Assembly: GCF_009914755.1 (NCBI RefSeq)
Contig: NC_060927.1
Origin: the human T2T-CHM13v2.0 reference genome, Homo sapiens
Length of the DNA: 64,000 nucleotides
Reading direction: 5' to 3' (one strand)
A program made the translations under genes and the position numbers. Positions 42,821 to 60,854 of this stretch are shown here, one piece after another. The notes under the pieces are model-generated. The model saw only the letters and a list, made by a program, of their open reading frames with translations, did no database searches and was not told the origin of the DNA. Every line of letters starts with the position of its first letter. Position 1 is the stretch's first letter.

Positions 42821-43354
42821 ACAACTTTGAAAAATGTGATCCCTTTGACAAGATAACAAGCCTTCCATTACCTGCTGCAGGTGACCCAGTTTGCTGGCTG
42901 TTGTGGGTAGCTCAGAACAGGACCCTAAGGCACCTTGGCCCTCCCTCTGCTTTAAAACTCAACACCAAACTGTATTCATTCTTGTGGTACTGCCTGTGTC
43001 TTAACATGCATCCCAACATCTGGCACAGAGCCTGGCACTGGCAACCTCTTAGGAAATTTGTTAAATGAACTGATAGTGTAGCATTCTGTCACTTTCCTCA
43101 GCGATAAAATTCTCATTCTTCAAAAAATTTTCCTTTTGCAACTGAATTTAAAAATGAAATACCTACCACCTACCACTTCAAGCTTTGCTAGGTGACGGCT
43201 TACCAAAAAAAAAAAAAAAAAAAGGAAAAATACTCTTGTATGATGACTGAGGAATACTGAGTGGAAAACTGATTGGTTTCTACAAGGCATCATTGGTCCT
43301 TGCCAGTGGCCAGTAGGATGTGGTTGGTGTGGTGTGGTGTGGAGTGAAAGAGAA

Positions 43355-43600
43355 GTCAAAAGCAAAGGCTATGGTGCCAGAATACTTGGGTTCAACTCCC
43401 AGCTCTGTCACTTACTTACTGGGCGCCTTTAGCAAGTTTTCTCTCCTCTCTGAGCCTTGGTTTCCTTATTCTAAAATGCGGAGCGTATCTAAGAAAGATT
43501 GTAGGAGGATTAAATGCATGAGAGAATGAAAACCTGTAAAGTGCTTACCACAAGCATGATACTTGGTAAGTATTCAATAGACTTTAGTTATTGCTTTTTA
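43355..43600 (+). mobile_element. MIR
   Basis: GGGTTCAACTCCCAGCTCTGTCACTTACT...CTCTGAGCCTTGGTTTCCTTATTCTAAAATG. Confidence 0.82.
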
Positions 43601-44599
43601 TCTCAAGTGCTACCTGGGACTTACCTCTCAAAAATTTTCAGAGCATTGAACACATCTAATATCTATCTTAAAGAAGGCATACAATAAATATTTAATAAAC
43701 ATTAAATTAAAAAACTGGTAGGTAACCATGGATCATCTCTAGAGATGATCATCGTATCAGACCTACATAGTATGTTAGAGCTTGGGGTCTGGAGTCCGAC
43801 GGCCCGAATCTTCCTCACAGTCCAGCTTTCAGTGAACCTCACGGTGCCTCAGTAACCTTAATTGAAAAACAGGAATAATAATAGTACCTTCCCTATAAGG
43901 GCTTTAGAGAAGTGAGTGGGTTCTGCCTAGTGTCTGACACAACAAGTAGTCCATAAAGGTTAGCTCTTTTTAATCCATCCCACAGGAAGCTCTGATGTGC
44001 TATGCTGGGTAGAAAAGTATATCTTACAAAAATATCCCTGTTTTGCTCTCTGAAACCCTGTTGAAACCTTCTGACATTCAGCTACATGTTAAGCCCTGGG
44101 CAACCTTGGAGTTCTTCCGCCACCTGTGTAACTGTGAATCTTAACGTGCTAAGTATACAACATACACACATCACCTCTCATTTAATAAAGCAAATTGTTC
44201 CACACAAGGGTAGCAGAGCTCTCGTTTGCAAGCTCAGATCTAATTAGCTCTCTCAATACAATTTGCAAGTTGCATCCAGGCAGATCACTGGGGAGCACTT
44301 GCTCTGGTGAGCTAAGAGGAACTGTAGGCCCATTCTGTAGTTTGCCGCAGATACTGCATATGGTAGCAAAATTGTGTCTATTTCTTCCCCTGTGAAATCC
44401 TAAAAGCAGCTCTTCCCAGCTGGCTGCAGCTACAGACATCTTCCTTCCTTCCACTGTTAGAAGAGGATTGTGGGGGTTTAGTAACAAACTTTTATGTATA
44501 CTGGTAAGGCAAAAAGGAGCAGGTGCAAAAGAACATCTTACACAAGGGGTGAAAGAGTCAACAGGCAGAACCAACCCTCACTGAGGTTCCTGTGGCAAA

Positions 44600-45222
44600 G
44601 ACAGAGAAACTAAAGGGAGGTCAAATGAATACCATTTGTGGGCAAGAGGCAGATCTCTTGCAGGTAGATGACAATGGTGTGTGAAGGAACTGTATTCTAG
44701 GACAACTAAGCATAAAGAAATAGTGGGAAGCAGAATCCCAACTCAGAGGGAGAGGATGAAAGAACATTTATTACATTTCCCTACCCAGTGTTCATGCTGT
44801 CCCTGTTTTGGTAGAGAAACCTTGCTGCCCTATGAGGAATCTTCTAGGTTATGTGTTTAAGGTGTTGCAGAAACTGTTCCCTGGACTGGTGGGGGTGGGA
44901 GGGACAAATGACCCAGGTCCAGCCAGAGGGAATTTTTTCAGCTTTTGCTGAAGTAATTTAGAAAGTCACTTTCATTCTCTGTGGAAGCTTAAGCTGGCAG
45001 GATATGCCCCCAGGGCTGCTGGGGACATCCCAAAAGGAATCTGCTTGAGAATGAAACCAATGCAGAGGAAGGAGTGAAGAGGTGAAGAGAGGCAGGTCGG
45101 TTGGATCATTGTTCGGGAATCTGTATCCAGCCAGCCATGCATCCCCTGGACTTTTCCGTCACAAGGCTGGTAAATTCCCTTTTTGCCAAACCCAGTTGGA
45201 GTTAGTTTCTGTCACTTCTGAC
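44600..45222 (+). mobile_element. MLT1J/K-like LTR
   Basis: GAGAATGAAACCAATGCAGAGGAA ... CCCTGGACTTTTCCGTCAC ... CCAGTTGGAGTTAGTTTCTGTCACTT; 5' boundary uncertain. Confidence 0.6.
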
Positions 45223-45896
45223 TCATCAGTGAGGTAAAGGGGAAGACATACCTATTCATAGTATGTGGCACTTTTTCCTCAACCACCAAGTCTTTAATAG
45301 GATCTCTATCTTGGTCTACAGTGACCATATTTTCCCAACCACTTCCCTATAGAATTAGGATATCTGCCCAAACAGAATTTTACTAATAGAAGGGTAGAAC
45401 AGAATGTTCGAAAATCAGAACTATTCTGAAAATCCGGGACATGTGAAGGAAACACACGTCCTGAGAGTCATAATCACACAGTCTCGTTACCTGAGTGAAC
45501 TCCTGAGGCATGCATTTCAAACTCACATTTCTGCATTTAGTAATTGGGCTAAAAATATCTTGCTGATACTGTCTGGCTAAAGAATGAAACACATTGCTCA
45601 AGGAGCCCTTGCCCCACCTCTAAGCGAGCTAGTCAATGTTTGGACCCTGCAAAGAGTCCCAGGTGGAGAATTCAGCCCTCCTGCCATCTTGGCCACTTAG
45701 GAGTGACTCAGCTCAGTAACTTGGTTCCTCAGCATCTCAGTAGCTACTTGACCCTGTAGAGGTGACATGCTATGCCTTAGAAAGGTACTCGTAGGAAGCA
45801 GTGCCAAGCCACATTTGTCTTCAGAGATGATCTATCTTCAGTTCTTAAGAGTTGGCAATTGGCAAGGGGAGCATAATACTTTAGCTTCTGGTATAA

Positions 45897-46215
<319 letters not shown>

Positions 46216-46559
46216 ATTATCTTGCTTTTGTGATCAACAGGACGATTGCTGGATTAAGCACTTACTGTGTACGAGGCACCATGTTAAACATTTTACATTT
46301 ACCAGTTAAATATTCATAAAACCCCATGACATAGGATCTACTAATGTCTCCAATTTACACATGAGAAAACCAAGACTCAGAGTAGCTGAGCAAAATTTAC
46401 ACATTAGCAAATATTGGAGCCAGAGTTATATTCTAGAGTCATCCCCTCTTCCTCCCATAGACCATGTTCTTAATGCTTACTATTATATATTCAGACTCTT
46501 AAAAGAACTTTGCTATTCTTACTTTGGACCATACGATTTTTAAAAATTTTCCCTGCTTT

Positions 46560-50450
<3,891 letters not shown>

Positions 50451-50934
50451 AAAAATTTTCCCTGCTTTTCCTGAGCTGTAGAATTTTTATTTTTATCACT
50501 TGAGAACTTTTAATAATAAATTTTGGAAGTAACTGATTAGGCCCAAGCATAGGAGGAGGACACAACAGTAATATTTACTTAGTGCCTTCCCTGTGCCTGG
50601 GACTGTGCTGGACTTTGGGAATACAGCAGAAAACAAGGTCTCTGGCCTCATAAGCAGCACAGATAGAGAAGCAATCACAAACGCAGGCCAATTGTGTTCT
50701 AGGGGAAACTGAGGATTAGAAAGTCAGATGCTTTCATTCTGGTATCTGCTTGCTGTAAAGCCAGTTGGTGACAGACACTTGGCAGAATTGTTTGCCCTTT
50801 GGGACCTCCATTTTCTAATCAACGAGGGTAAGCTAGATGATCTCCAAACCCCCCTCCAGCACTGCCAGTTGTTGAGTCTCAGACTCTCTTCCTGGGTTCT
50901 TCAAGAGTAAGCTATGTAAGTAAACACATGCTAG

Positions 50935-51210
50935 AGTATAGCTGTCAAATATAGTGAATATCAGAAAAACCTGGGAGCCTGTTAAAAACAAAAACCTCCA
51001 GACCCATAACCAGAGAGCTGGATCCAGAAGCTCTGGGATGGGGCCAAAAATCTGCATTTTTAATAAGTCTCGCAAGAGATTCCGATGCACCAATTCTGGT
51101 TTGAAACCCTAGTATTCAAAGCAATGGCAGCACAAGGGACCTTATCAGAAATGGAGAGCTGGGGCCCTGTCCCAGATCCACTGAATCAGAATCTACATTT
51201 TACTTTCTTT
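50935..51210. mobile_element. MER5-like relics
   Basis: GGATGGGGCCAAAAATCTGCATTTTTAATAAG; CTGAATCAGAATCTACATTTT. Confidence 0.6.
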
Positions 51211-52349
51211 CTGTATGGATGCTAAGTTGATAATGTATGTGCCCAGGGATGCTGGGGACACTCTATGGGAACGATGCTTATGTACACTGAAATGTCCTTA
51301 GAAAGGGTCCAACCTGGTTAATCTCAATACCATGATCAACACTGATACCAAAGAAACCACACTACCCCTTATCTATTAGTCATTAGTTTAGCTTTTCTGA
51401 TGGGAGGCTTTCCGAACCAGGAGAAATGTACAACTGCTCCTCTTGAAAGCATGGTCTGGAACAGTGTTTTTCAAATTACATTTGGCAGAGCCTTAGGCTT
51501 CAGTCTTACAGGGCCACCTGGGGATAGGGATTGTGTGACGCAGCCTGGACTGAGCTGGCCTCCAGGCTACAAACTCTATTTCAAACAGAACTGCTCCTCT
51601 TTGATCAGTTTTAGAAATTGGGATTACAGTTTGATTCCCTTTGAAAAGAGAGTTTCGCTGCTTTAATATTTTTCTCAATCAGCATGGTGCTCCACAGGCT
51701 CCATCAATGCCATTGGTACCTTTCCCATACAAGCCAAGAGATGGGCTTAGGGAATGAACCTGATTCCCTTTTCCTCTGTGCTTCCCTTGGGGACAGAGAT
51801 GTGACCTTCAAAATGTCAAAACCCACTCCTGTTCCCAGGAGGACTGTTAAGTTACTCTCCCTATTCTATTTTAATGTTCAATGACCAAGGCAGATGCTAA
51901 TGTGGAAAATTCTCAATTTGTCTCATTTACCATTCCTATGTTTGTCCTCTAACAAAAGTTCCGTATATCTTTTCTTATAAACCAAAAAGTTCCCACCGGT
52001 CATTGGAACTTTGATATTTAACATAAAAAGCAGTAGTCTGGATCTTTCTTTTTAGACCAAGTGTTTTGGGGATGTCTTCAGTGATTAGTATTGCTTGGTG
52101 GTCTAGATTTAGAGCCTCAGAATTCACTTAAGTGAGAAAGTGCAAGAGACCCACTGGAATCTTGGGAGTAGGATCCAGGTATCAGCACTTTATTTCAAGG
52201 TCCCTAGATGATTCTAATGTGTAAATGAGGTTGAGAGCCATTGCCCAGTAGACTAGATTTGGAAGCACTAGAAATTTAGTCCTGTAAGACACATGCTCAC
52301 CAGTCCTCCTTCTTCCTTTCTTGGTCCCCTCTCCTGTGTCAGGGGACCA

Positions 52350-52900
52350 TTTATTCATTCACTCACTCATACATTCATTCACTCACTCACTCATACATTC
52401 ACTCACTCATACATTCACTCACTCAACAGTTACTCAATAGTCATCTGCTATGTACTAATTTGGGACTAGAAATTAGAAATTCACAAGTCTTGTCCTTGTA
52501 GAACTAACAATACTACAAACAAAATGATAATTTTTAAAAAGGTTTTAGGTATAAATATGAAGCTATAAAGAAGGCAAAATAGGGTGTCAGTATAGTATGT
52601 AGACATAGCCTCTCTAAGAAGGTGATATCTGGGTTTGGGGGTGACACCCTAATTCTAAGACAGGAGGAGCTACAGGAAGATCTGGGGGAGCAAAATCTTA
52701 AACAGTAAGAGTAATAAGTGCCAATGTCCCCAAATAGGAATGAGCCTTGTAAATTCAAAAGACACATAGAAAGGTCAGGGTGGCTGTAGCAAAGGGAATG
52801 AGTGAGGAGTAAAGCACAGAAGGAAATGACATCCTGTGGTAGCTGAGAACCAGTTTGCATAGGTCTTTGCAGACCATAAAAAAGATAGTGGAAGAGATAA
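52350..52900 (-). mobile_element. L2 3' end with an expanded (CATT/CACT)n tail
   Basis: ATTCATTCACTCACTCATAC repeats at 52353-52425, then antisense L2 (GCCTCTCTAAGAAGGTGATATCTG). Confidence 0.72.
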
Positions 52901-53564
52901 TATCTTAAATAACTTTAACAGTGGGAAAATATCTACTCAAAGACCGTACCAGTCACATGAATCATGGCCTATATTCTAATGCAATGGTTTTCAGTTACAT
53001 TTTACTTGAGTTTTTGGAGGGGGAGGAGCAGAGTTGGTACTGTTCTTGGGGACACACACGAGAACTGCCTGGAAGAGTTCTTTCAAGTTCTATGGCATGC
53101 ATCACCCATCTTCCCCATAGATGTGATTTTTTTTTCACACTGCCCTAGTGGTGGGACCCCTACCCATATTGAGCAACTACTCCTCACAGGAGTGGGATAT
53201 ATCCAGTGGCATCCAAAACCAACCATATTCATGCTTAGGATTTTCATTCACCCTAAACTGCAGTCCAGTTCATTCACTCTAAGCTTTAGACATCTGTACT
53301 CTCTGAGTCTCTCTACCAGGAGGTCCCACAGCACCTCAAACACAACAAGACCAAAATTCAACTTATCTTTATCCATAAAATGGCTGATTTCTCCTCCTAT
53401 AATCTTTTATGTCGGTATCACTATGACTCCAAATTAGCACGTAGTGGATGTTCACTAAATAACTGTCACATGAACAAATGAATCAACTTCTGGACCCAAG
53501 AGAGAAGAGACTAAGATAGGAAGGAGGAGGGCTGGTGAGCATATGTCTTACAGGACTGCATTTT

Positions 53565-53770
53565 CAGTGCTCCCAAATCTAGTCTACTGGGCATTGGCCC
53601 TCAACCTCAGCAGCACATTCGAATCATCTAGGGACCTTGCAATAAATATTGATGCCTGGATCCCACTCCCAGAGATTCCCGTGTAATTTGTTGGGGGTGT
53701 GGCCAAGGCATCATGAGTTTTCAGAGCTCTCCAGGTGATTATCATGTGCATCCCAATTGAGACCCACTTA
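53565..53770. mobile_element. MER5A-like
   Basis: GCAGCACATTCGAATCATCTAGGG...CTCTCCAGGTGATTATCATGTGCA. Confidence 0.65.
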
Positions 53771-54279
53771 TTAGCTGTTACTAAACCTGAAGTGATCTTT
53801 TCCTGGGCCTCTTGCATCTTCTTTCTTAATTGAATTCAGTGACACTCTAAATCTAGAGCTACCAAACATTGCTAGTCACTAAAGACAGCCCTAAAATGCT
53901 TGGACTAAAGAAAGATCCGGATTGTTGATATTACCTTAAGTATCAAAATCCCCATTGACTGATGGGAGCACTTTGATTTATAAGAAAAGGCACATGGGGC
54001 TTAGGAGACAAACTAGCATGGTATATGAACTCTCCCTTACCGCCTCCCTCACACTTTCCAAATTTTCACAGAAGCCTCCCTCACTACATTCAGTCTTAGA
54101 ATAGGAACATAGTTTATTTTTGTAAAATCAAACAAATTCACCAAATATTCCCTCCTTTGCTGTCATTATTGTCATTTTTATCTTAGCAGGCTGCAAATAT
54201 CCTATGAGCACAAACCAATACTGCTTTTATATCTGTTAAAAGAAGGATCAAAATTACTGCACCATGCCTGCTAAACACC

Positions 54280-54430
54280 TGCAGGCTTTGGAATCACATA
54301 GGCTGGAGTTCAAATATCAGCTCTATTATAATTTAATCGGACTGGAGGAAATCACTTAATCTCTGTTTCCTCATCTGTAAAATAAGCATAATGATAGCCC
54401 TATCTTACAGAGATTTAGTGAAAATGAAAT
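54280..54430 (+). mobile_element. MIR
   Basis: GGCTTTGGAATCACATAGGCTGGAGTTCAAAT...TGTTTCCTCATCTGTAAAAT. Confidence 0.8.
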
Positions 54431-54470
54431 AACAAATATTCTTGTTTTCTATTGAGGCATAAAAATTACC

Positions 54471-55264
<794 letters not shown>

Positions 55265-56315
55265 TTCAGGGAGTTGATAGGCTCGGCTAGGTACTTCTCC
55301 CTTAGAGTCCTTTACATGGTTGCAGGCAGTGGGCATTTAAGCCTGGATCATCTGATGACTTCTTCACTCATATGTCTGGTGTCTGGGCTGGGATGGCTAG
55401 AATAGCTGATGGTGTCTAGCTAGGTTTCTCTATTCTCTTGTGGCTACCCTGGGCTTCCTCACAGCATGGTGGGCTCAAGGTTGCTGACTTCTCATATGGC
55501 AGCTGGCTTTTCTCTGAGTGAATGTTCCAAGAGAGAGGAAGTAGAAGCTGCTAGTCTATTAAGCCCTGGAAACAGCCACAGCATCGCTTCCTCCATATCC
55601 TCCTGCTCACTGCTGTTACAGTGCTCAACTGGCTCCAAAGGGAAAGGTCAGAGACTTACCTCTCAATTGCAGAAATGTTGATAAATTTCTGGCCATGTTT
55701 TGTCCACCACAATGTATAAGGTCTATGGTGCAATGTCTGGAACATCTTAAGTTATAGTATTTCAAACAGAATATATTATAATAGTAACTAAATATTATCC
55801 TCATCACCTTATACTAATGTCCCTTAATATTTTTATAAACATAATGGAATATAGTATCAGCAACTGTGGGGAGGAGGGGACAGGAAAGAGTGACGATTAT
55901 AATCATTGAAAAGAAACATTTACCTCCTTGTCTGAGGCACTGAGTCACCCTCAATTTGTTGGGCACCATGGGACTGCAGGAAGTTGCTGTCATAATCCTT
56001 CCAATGCAATCATTGTGAGGTCGCATAGAGGAAGGGGCAGCCAGGGAGACTCATCTCATTGCCAGTGCAGGATGTGCTGAGTGCCTTTGTGTAAAAGGTG
56101 GCACCATCAACAGGGAACAGGATGTGCCAATGTGACAGTGACTCACTGAGTGAAATCATGGCTTCTAAGGTTCTGATGCCTGCCAGGCTGGGAGCAATGA
56201 GATTGGCCCAATGTCCTATCCCCTCCATGGAGAAATCAAAGAAGTTTAGTCTCAGGACATATATTCGGAAAGGAGAGAACTTGCTGTTTCAACTACTTTC
56301 ATCATATAAGAGTAT

Positions 56316-56689
56316 TGTATTAGTCCCTTTTCATGCTGCTGTGAAGAACTGCCTGAAACTGGGCAATTTATAATGGAATGAGGCTTAATTGACTAACAGT
56401 TCTTCATGGCTGGGGAGGTCTCAGGGAATTTGCAATAACGGCAGAAGGGGAAGCAAACATGTCCTTCTTCACATGGCAGCAGAAGATAGAAGTGCAGAGT
56501 GAAGTGGGGGAAAATCCTTTATAAAATTATCAGATCTCCTGAGAATTCACTATCATAAGAACAGCAGATGGGAACCACCCCAAGATCTAATCAACTCCCA
56601 CAAAGTCCTTCCCCCAACACGTGGGGATTGCAATTCAGATCACAATTCAAGATGGGATTTGGGTGGGGACACAGAGCCAGACCATATCA
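56316..56689 (-). mobile_element. THE1 (C-like) solo LTR
   Basis: TGTATTAGTCC...ACCATATCA termini; 5-bp TSD AGTAT at 56311 and 56690. Confidence 0.92.
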
Positions 56690-56899
56690 AGTATCATACC
56701 AGATTCTTTTTAGGGCAAAGATGATTTACTATTTTTCTTGAAATGCATTATGATAAAAAAATCAAAATGAGCCAAGCTAAGCAAGTAATATATTAGGCTT
56801 AAAGATAATTCTTTGTGATGACCAAGTCGGGTTTGTCCCAAGTATGTAAGGTTAATAGACATTAGAAAAGCTAATTGCTATAATTCACCACATTAATAT

Positions 56900-57470
56900 A
56901 TTGTAATAGTCTCTAAAGGTGACCTTTGGCATCACATCCCCATGAAATTCCTCACTCACTGAATATGGGCTGGCCTGTGACTTCTATAACCCATTCAACA
57001 TGGCAGAAGAGAAGCTGTGCCTATTCCAGAAGCATGCCTCAAGAAGGCTTGGCAGTGTTACTTGTGCACTTTGGGATCCCTTAGCCACCATGTAAGAAGT
57101 TCACCTATCCAGCTGGGAAGACCTTGTAGAGACCACGTAGAGAGAATGAGGTCTGAGACTACATGGAAAGGACAGCCTCAGTCATTTCATTATACCAGCT
57201 ATATTGAGACTTCTAGCCATCCCTACCAAGGCACCAGACATGTAATGGGCCATCTTGGACAGTCCCACATCCAAATTAAACTTCCAGATGTTTGCAGCCC
57301 CAGACATTGTCTCACTACAATGGCAAGAGAGCACCCAAACAAAAGCAAAAGAACCATCTTGCTGACCCCTTTCACCCACAGATTTGTGAAACATAATAAA
57401 AATGGTAGTTATTTCAATCCACTTACTACTTGCGTAGTTTGTTGTAAAACAATGGACAACGATAACATAT
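56900..57470 (+). mobile_element. MLT1 (F/G-like) LTR
   Basis: GAATATGGGCTGGCCTGTGACTT...AGCCACCATGTAAGAAGT...GTAGTTTGTTGTAAAACAATGGACAAC. Confidence 0.7.
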
Positions 57471-57479
57471 TAAAAGAAA

Positions 57480-60050
57480 AAAATGTATAAGGTTATCTTT
57501 AAGCTTATAGAGAACCCATTTGGAAAAAAAAATCTACATTTATTCATGATTTTAAAAAATTCTGAAGCAAAACTTGGGATCAGAGAGTTAATTTCCTTCA
57601 TCTGATAAAATCCACAACACCCCATTATAAGTGATAGCAAATCCCCATTTTGAGATCAAGATAAAGACAAAAATGCCCACTATTACCACTTTTTATCAGA
57701 ATTATACTGCAGGTTCCAGTCGCTGCAGTGAGGCAAAGAAAAGAAAAAGCATAAAGATTAGAAAGGAAAAACCAGAATTGTCTTATTAAAATGATACTAT
57801 TTTATATGTATGAAATCCCAAAGAAACTTCAGATATATTATTTTGATTAAGAGATAAAATCTGGATAGAAAATCAATACACAAGAATCAATTATAGTACT
57901 ATATACTAGAAACCAGAAGATAAACAATTAAAAAGACAGCATTCATAATGGCATCAAAAATATGTGAGAATAAGTCTAACAAAAGAGTTGCAGGACTTGA
58001 GTAAAATTATAAAATGTTATTAATAGGTATTAAAGAATACCTAGATAAATGATCTTAGATTGGGAGCCTCGATACTGTAAATATAAAATTGTCCTCTGAT
58101 GAAATCACAATGAAATTCCCCAATTTTTTTGCCCACAACAAGCTGATTCTAAAATGTATATGGAGTTTCAAAGGATAAATAAGAGACAAGAACACTATGA
58201 GGGGACATCCCCTACCACGTATCAAGAGTGACTATTAAGTTAGAAGTAACTGCAGTCAGAGATAGGCCAAAATACCAGTGGGACACTGCAAGTTCAGAAA
58301 CAGACCTGTGTTACAGCCATTTGCTGAATGGCAGCGGTTACATGGCAGTTTGGTAGGGAAAGTACAGACTTTAATAAATATTGCCAGGAAAATTGAGTAT
58401 TCATGTATTTTTTAAAAGAGAAAAAAATCACACATCTATTTTACACAATATAAAAAATGATTTTCACACATTTTTATTTTTCAAAAGATGAGAAAAAAGT
58501 TACACCTGTTTCACACAATACACAAAATAATCCAACTAGTTTAGAATAGAAGAGGATAATAGGAGAGGATAAACTATAGAACTTAGAAAATAATATAGAG
58601 GAACATTTTCATGAGTGAAAAGTAGTAAAGAATGTCTTAAAACACAAAAATGTTGACTCTAAGGAAAAGATTATAGAGTTTACTACATTTTTAAAAAACT
58701 GTTCATCAGAAAGATAACTATTAAAAGATTGTAAAGATGAGCCATCGATTGGGAGAAGATATCTGAAACCTGTATAACCAACAAAGGGCTCCTTTTGAGA
58801 AGATATGAAGAACTCTTCTAAATCACAGGAGGGACGATACAATAGAAAAATATCTGCAAAAGACTCCAGTCTCTTCCTTTATAAAAGAGGAAACTCAAAT
58901 GACCAATAAATTCTGTGCATGAAAAGGTGCTCAACCTTATTATGAACCTGGAATATGTATATAAAAACAAAAATGAAATACTTTTGCTTATCTAATATTG
59001 ACAAATCACTTTAAATTGAAAATACCAAATGTTGAGAGAATGTAAAATATTGGGAACCCTCATATACAGCTGGTGTAAATGGTACTTTTTTTGTTGTCTA
59101 CTCAAGCTGAAGACAACTTATCCTCAATTGTTTCAATCTTGGGTGTGTACTTTAGAAAAATGGGTACACACATGCCCTAGGATTATTGTAGCCTGTAATT
59201 GTGCAAATCTGGGAACCCATCCCACATAGAATGGAAAAATTATGGCATATTCATACAATGGTATGCTATGCAATAATGAAAATGAACAAGTTACATAGAT
59301 AAGTTTAACCAACATATACGGAACCAAAGAAGCCAGACACAAAAATATGAATCCATATCCATAGAAGTTCAAAAATGAACATTTTGGGGGATTCATTTAT
59401 AAGAGGTAAAATGAAAAAGGAAATCACAATGGTAGTCCCTCCAGAAGAACAGGAGGGAGTTTTGAAGGAGACAGGCTCATGGACTGCTGGCCATGATCTT
59501 TTACGAGCTGGGATTGGTAATTATATTGGTATTTATTTTTATAATTATTTCAACTAACTATACAAATGTATGTATATGTACTTTCCTGTGTGTGTGTTAT
59601 ATTTCATAATAAATGAAGCAAAAATAGTACAAAATCAAAGATGTGTACACAAATATTTTGTTATAAAGTATTAACTATAACTATGTTTATTATAGGGGGA
59701 AACCCCATACTTTGAATCACTACTTTGGATTATGTAAAAGAAGGGATCAAATACATCACGTGGCACACAGAAGAGAGGTTATACAGCCTCTAGAAATTAT
59801 AGAAGAATATTTCATGGCTTCTAAAGATAATTGAGATATATATTTAGGTGGGAGATGATGTTTATCATACATTATGCACAAATATTTCAATGTTTTAAAA
59901 CAAACTTTGAATGCTAATGCATGAAAAAAGATTGGGAGAAACACATTATAATGTTAACTATGATTCTATTTGGGTGGTGACTTTATGAGCAATTTTTGTT
60001 TTGTTTTGCTCGTTTGTATAGTTTTAATTCTGAGCAATGAATATGGATTA
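57480..60050 (+). mobile_element. Old L1ME ORF2/3' remnants
   Basis: AAGACAAAAATGCCCACTATTACCAC, AAGCTGATTCTAAAATGTATATGG, GAAAAGGTGCTCAACCTTATT; A-rich; no intact frame. Confidence 0.7.
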
Positions 60051-60807
60051 CTTTTGAAGGAAATAAAAGGAGACAATATATTCTACTGGGAAACAATAAG
60101 GAAAAAAGAGCCTAGAGATCTCAAAATGGAAATAAGAAATGTGGTATTCGTTAATATGTCTATCTGGAAAACACCTGGAATCCTACCAGCTCCGATGAGC
60201 CCATTTGAATATAACTTTTCCCTAACAGTGGCCACCCACTTGGTTCCCCTTTCCCAGCAGGCGTAGCTCCGATAGTGAAATCAAATTCTGGCTGTCTGCT
60301 TTGGAAGTAAGTAGGGCAGTGGGGTGGGGGAAGGTGAAGGGATCCTCTGAGAACAGCCTGCTCCAAACTGAAAGGAAGTGAAAATCCTCCACATGTTGCA
60401 GGGATTGCTGGTAGATCATCCCCCAGTTCTCCTGCATCTGTTCTGCTGCCTCTTATAGAAACCAAGACAGGAAAAATGAAATGTACCTAAAACAGGAAAT
60501 GAGGGTAGTCATTTGAATGATACAGTACCAGAACCCTGTAAAGTGTTTTGGGTGGGGTGGGCAGTGAAACAAAAGGCACCAATCATAGTGCTCACATCTG
60601 ATCTCACACTCGGAAAAAGTAGGTACGTGAAGACAACAAACGATGGTGAGTGGAGAGGACTCCAGAGTCAGCACACACACATTCCCAATAGCCAGGTGGG
60701 TTCAACCGCTGCATACCTGTTAGCTCCTCAGGGTGGAATTTCCCAACTGCTGAGCCATGGTATGCTGGTTTTCCCTATGCTATTGATCCCCTCAGCCCTA
60801 GAGGTAA

Positions 60808-60854
60808 TGGGCCAGCACTTCTGACAGCACTCTGGGCCAGCACTTCTGACAGCA
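60808..60854 (+). repeat. Perfect 22-bp direct repeat, period 25
   Basis: TGGGCCAGCACTTCTGACAGCA at 60808 and 60833. Confidence 0.95.

Noticed and set aside
44182-44574. 130-aa minus-strand ORF
   Set aside because: Non-ATG start, no recognisable domain, and a length expected by chance in 64 kb
52964-53437. 157-aa ORF
   Set aside because: No homology recognised; composition typical of non-coding DNA and overlaps probable old L2-like sequence
57017-57490. 157-aa ORF
   Set aside because: Lies almost entirely in an MLT1 LTR and starts at GTG; chance open frame
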